DNA of 64,000 bases from Lytechinus pictus (lineage: Eukaryota), in contig NC_087245.1 of NCBI RefSeq assembly GCF_037042905.1, forward strand, positions 16,928,001 to 16,992,000. The letters run 5' to 3'. Made by a program: the position numbers and the translations under genes. A model generated the notes under the pieces. That model did not search any database. It was not told the origin of the DNA and was given only the letters and a program-made list of their open reading frames with translations. Shown here in pieces: positions 63,289 through 64,000 of this stretch (the first letter of the stretch is position 1; each line of letters opens with the position of its first letter).

Positions 63289-64000
63289 ATTGTCATGATT
63301 ACTCAAAATAGAAAGAAATACTGAATAGATAAATTAACAAAATACAACGAAATAAGGAAACATGACAATATAATCTATACCATGTATATGAAATACTTTC
63401 AATACCTTCACAAATATAAATTGTAATCTAAAGCATAAAGTAAACTATAGCATGGAAAATGGGGACTGGGTGAATAAACTTGACATCTAAAATAAGAAAA
63501 TGTATCATAGGGCAAATCGCCATTTTCCAAAGTACTAATTTAGTTTCATTATTTTTTCGGTATTAAAGTAATACTCAGTTTCTTTTTGTTTCCTTATAAA
63601 CTCTTGACAGATCAACATTCGGTATACACATATCACTTTTAACTTTACAAGTATTTTGTTATTATATTTATTTGGGTAATTAATTTATCTGATGGGAAAC
63701 CAAAACGTTTTCCGAAATTGGTGACATTAATCTTCTTGATATCCTTATTCATGTTAAAGAAATATGAAAAAAAAAGTCACAAAACAAATGCGTAATTGAT
63801 TCCTGCTGATAATAACATAATGGACAATTTGACGAATCTCTTCATTGAAAAGGCATTTAAGGCTATGGCGTTGTGGATTTCTTTTAAACAAAAAAGAACA
63901 TTATCTTGTGTCAAATGTCCTAGGCATGGCTGAGGCTTTGCATGAAAAGGGAAAATCTTTACTACCACAGGCAGCAAAGTTTTGAATATGCTAAAAAAAA

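Overview
AT-rich, intron-containing animal genomic DNA; the gene family and repeat landscape suggest an echinoderm such as a sea urchin (inference, not provable from this window). It holds a cluster of four paralogous genes for secreted proteinase-K-type subtilases (signal peptide + I9 propeptide + S8A catalytic domain + two CUB domains): gene A (minus, 5' part only), gene B (plus, complete, 11 coding exons, 617 aa, head-to-head with A), gene C (minus, 11 coding exons, 615 aa when reconstructed) and gene D (minus, last three exons only). The most striking structure is a young foldback DNA transposon family (TATGAGGCGCC termini, 6-bp TSD, about 1.7-kb inverted arms) present twice. One copy is a 3.8-kb near-palindrome in gene B intron 4. 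The other is an 18.8-kb insertion that splits a coding CUB exon of the otherwise intact gene C, and it carries a nested 15.3-kb CACTA/EnSpm-like element filled with older nested elements. The window also shows patchy near-identity between paralogues (probable gene conversion), a 663-bp tandem duplication in the shared A/B promoter region, and many MITEs and LINE fragments. All coordinates and counts were read by eye; superfamily names rest on termini/TSD rules recalled from general knowledge, with no database search.
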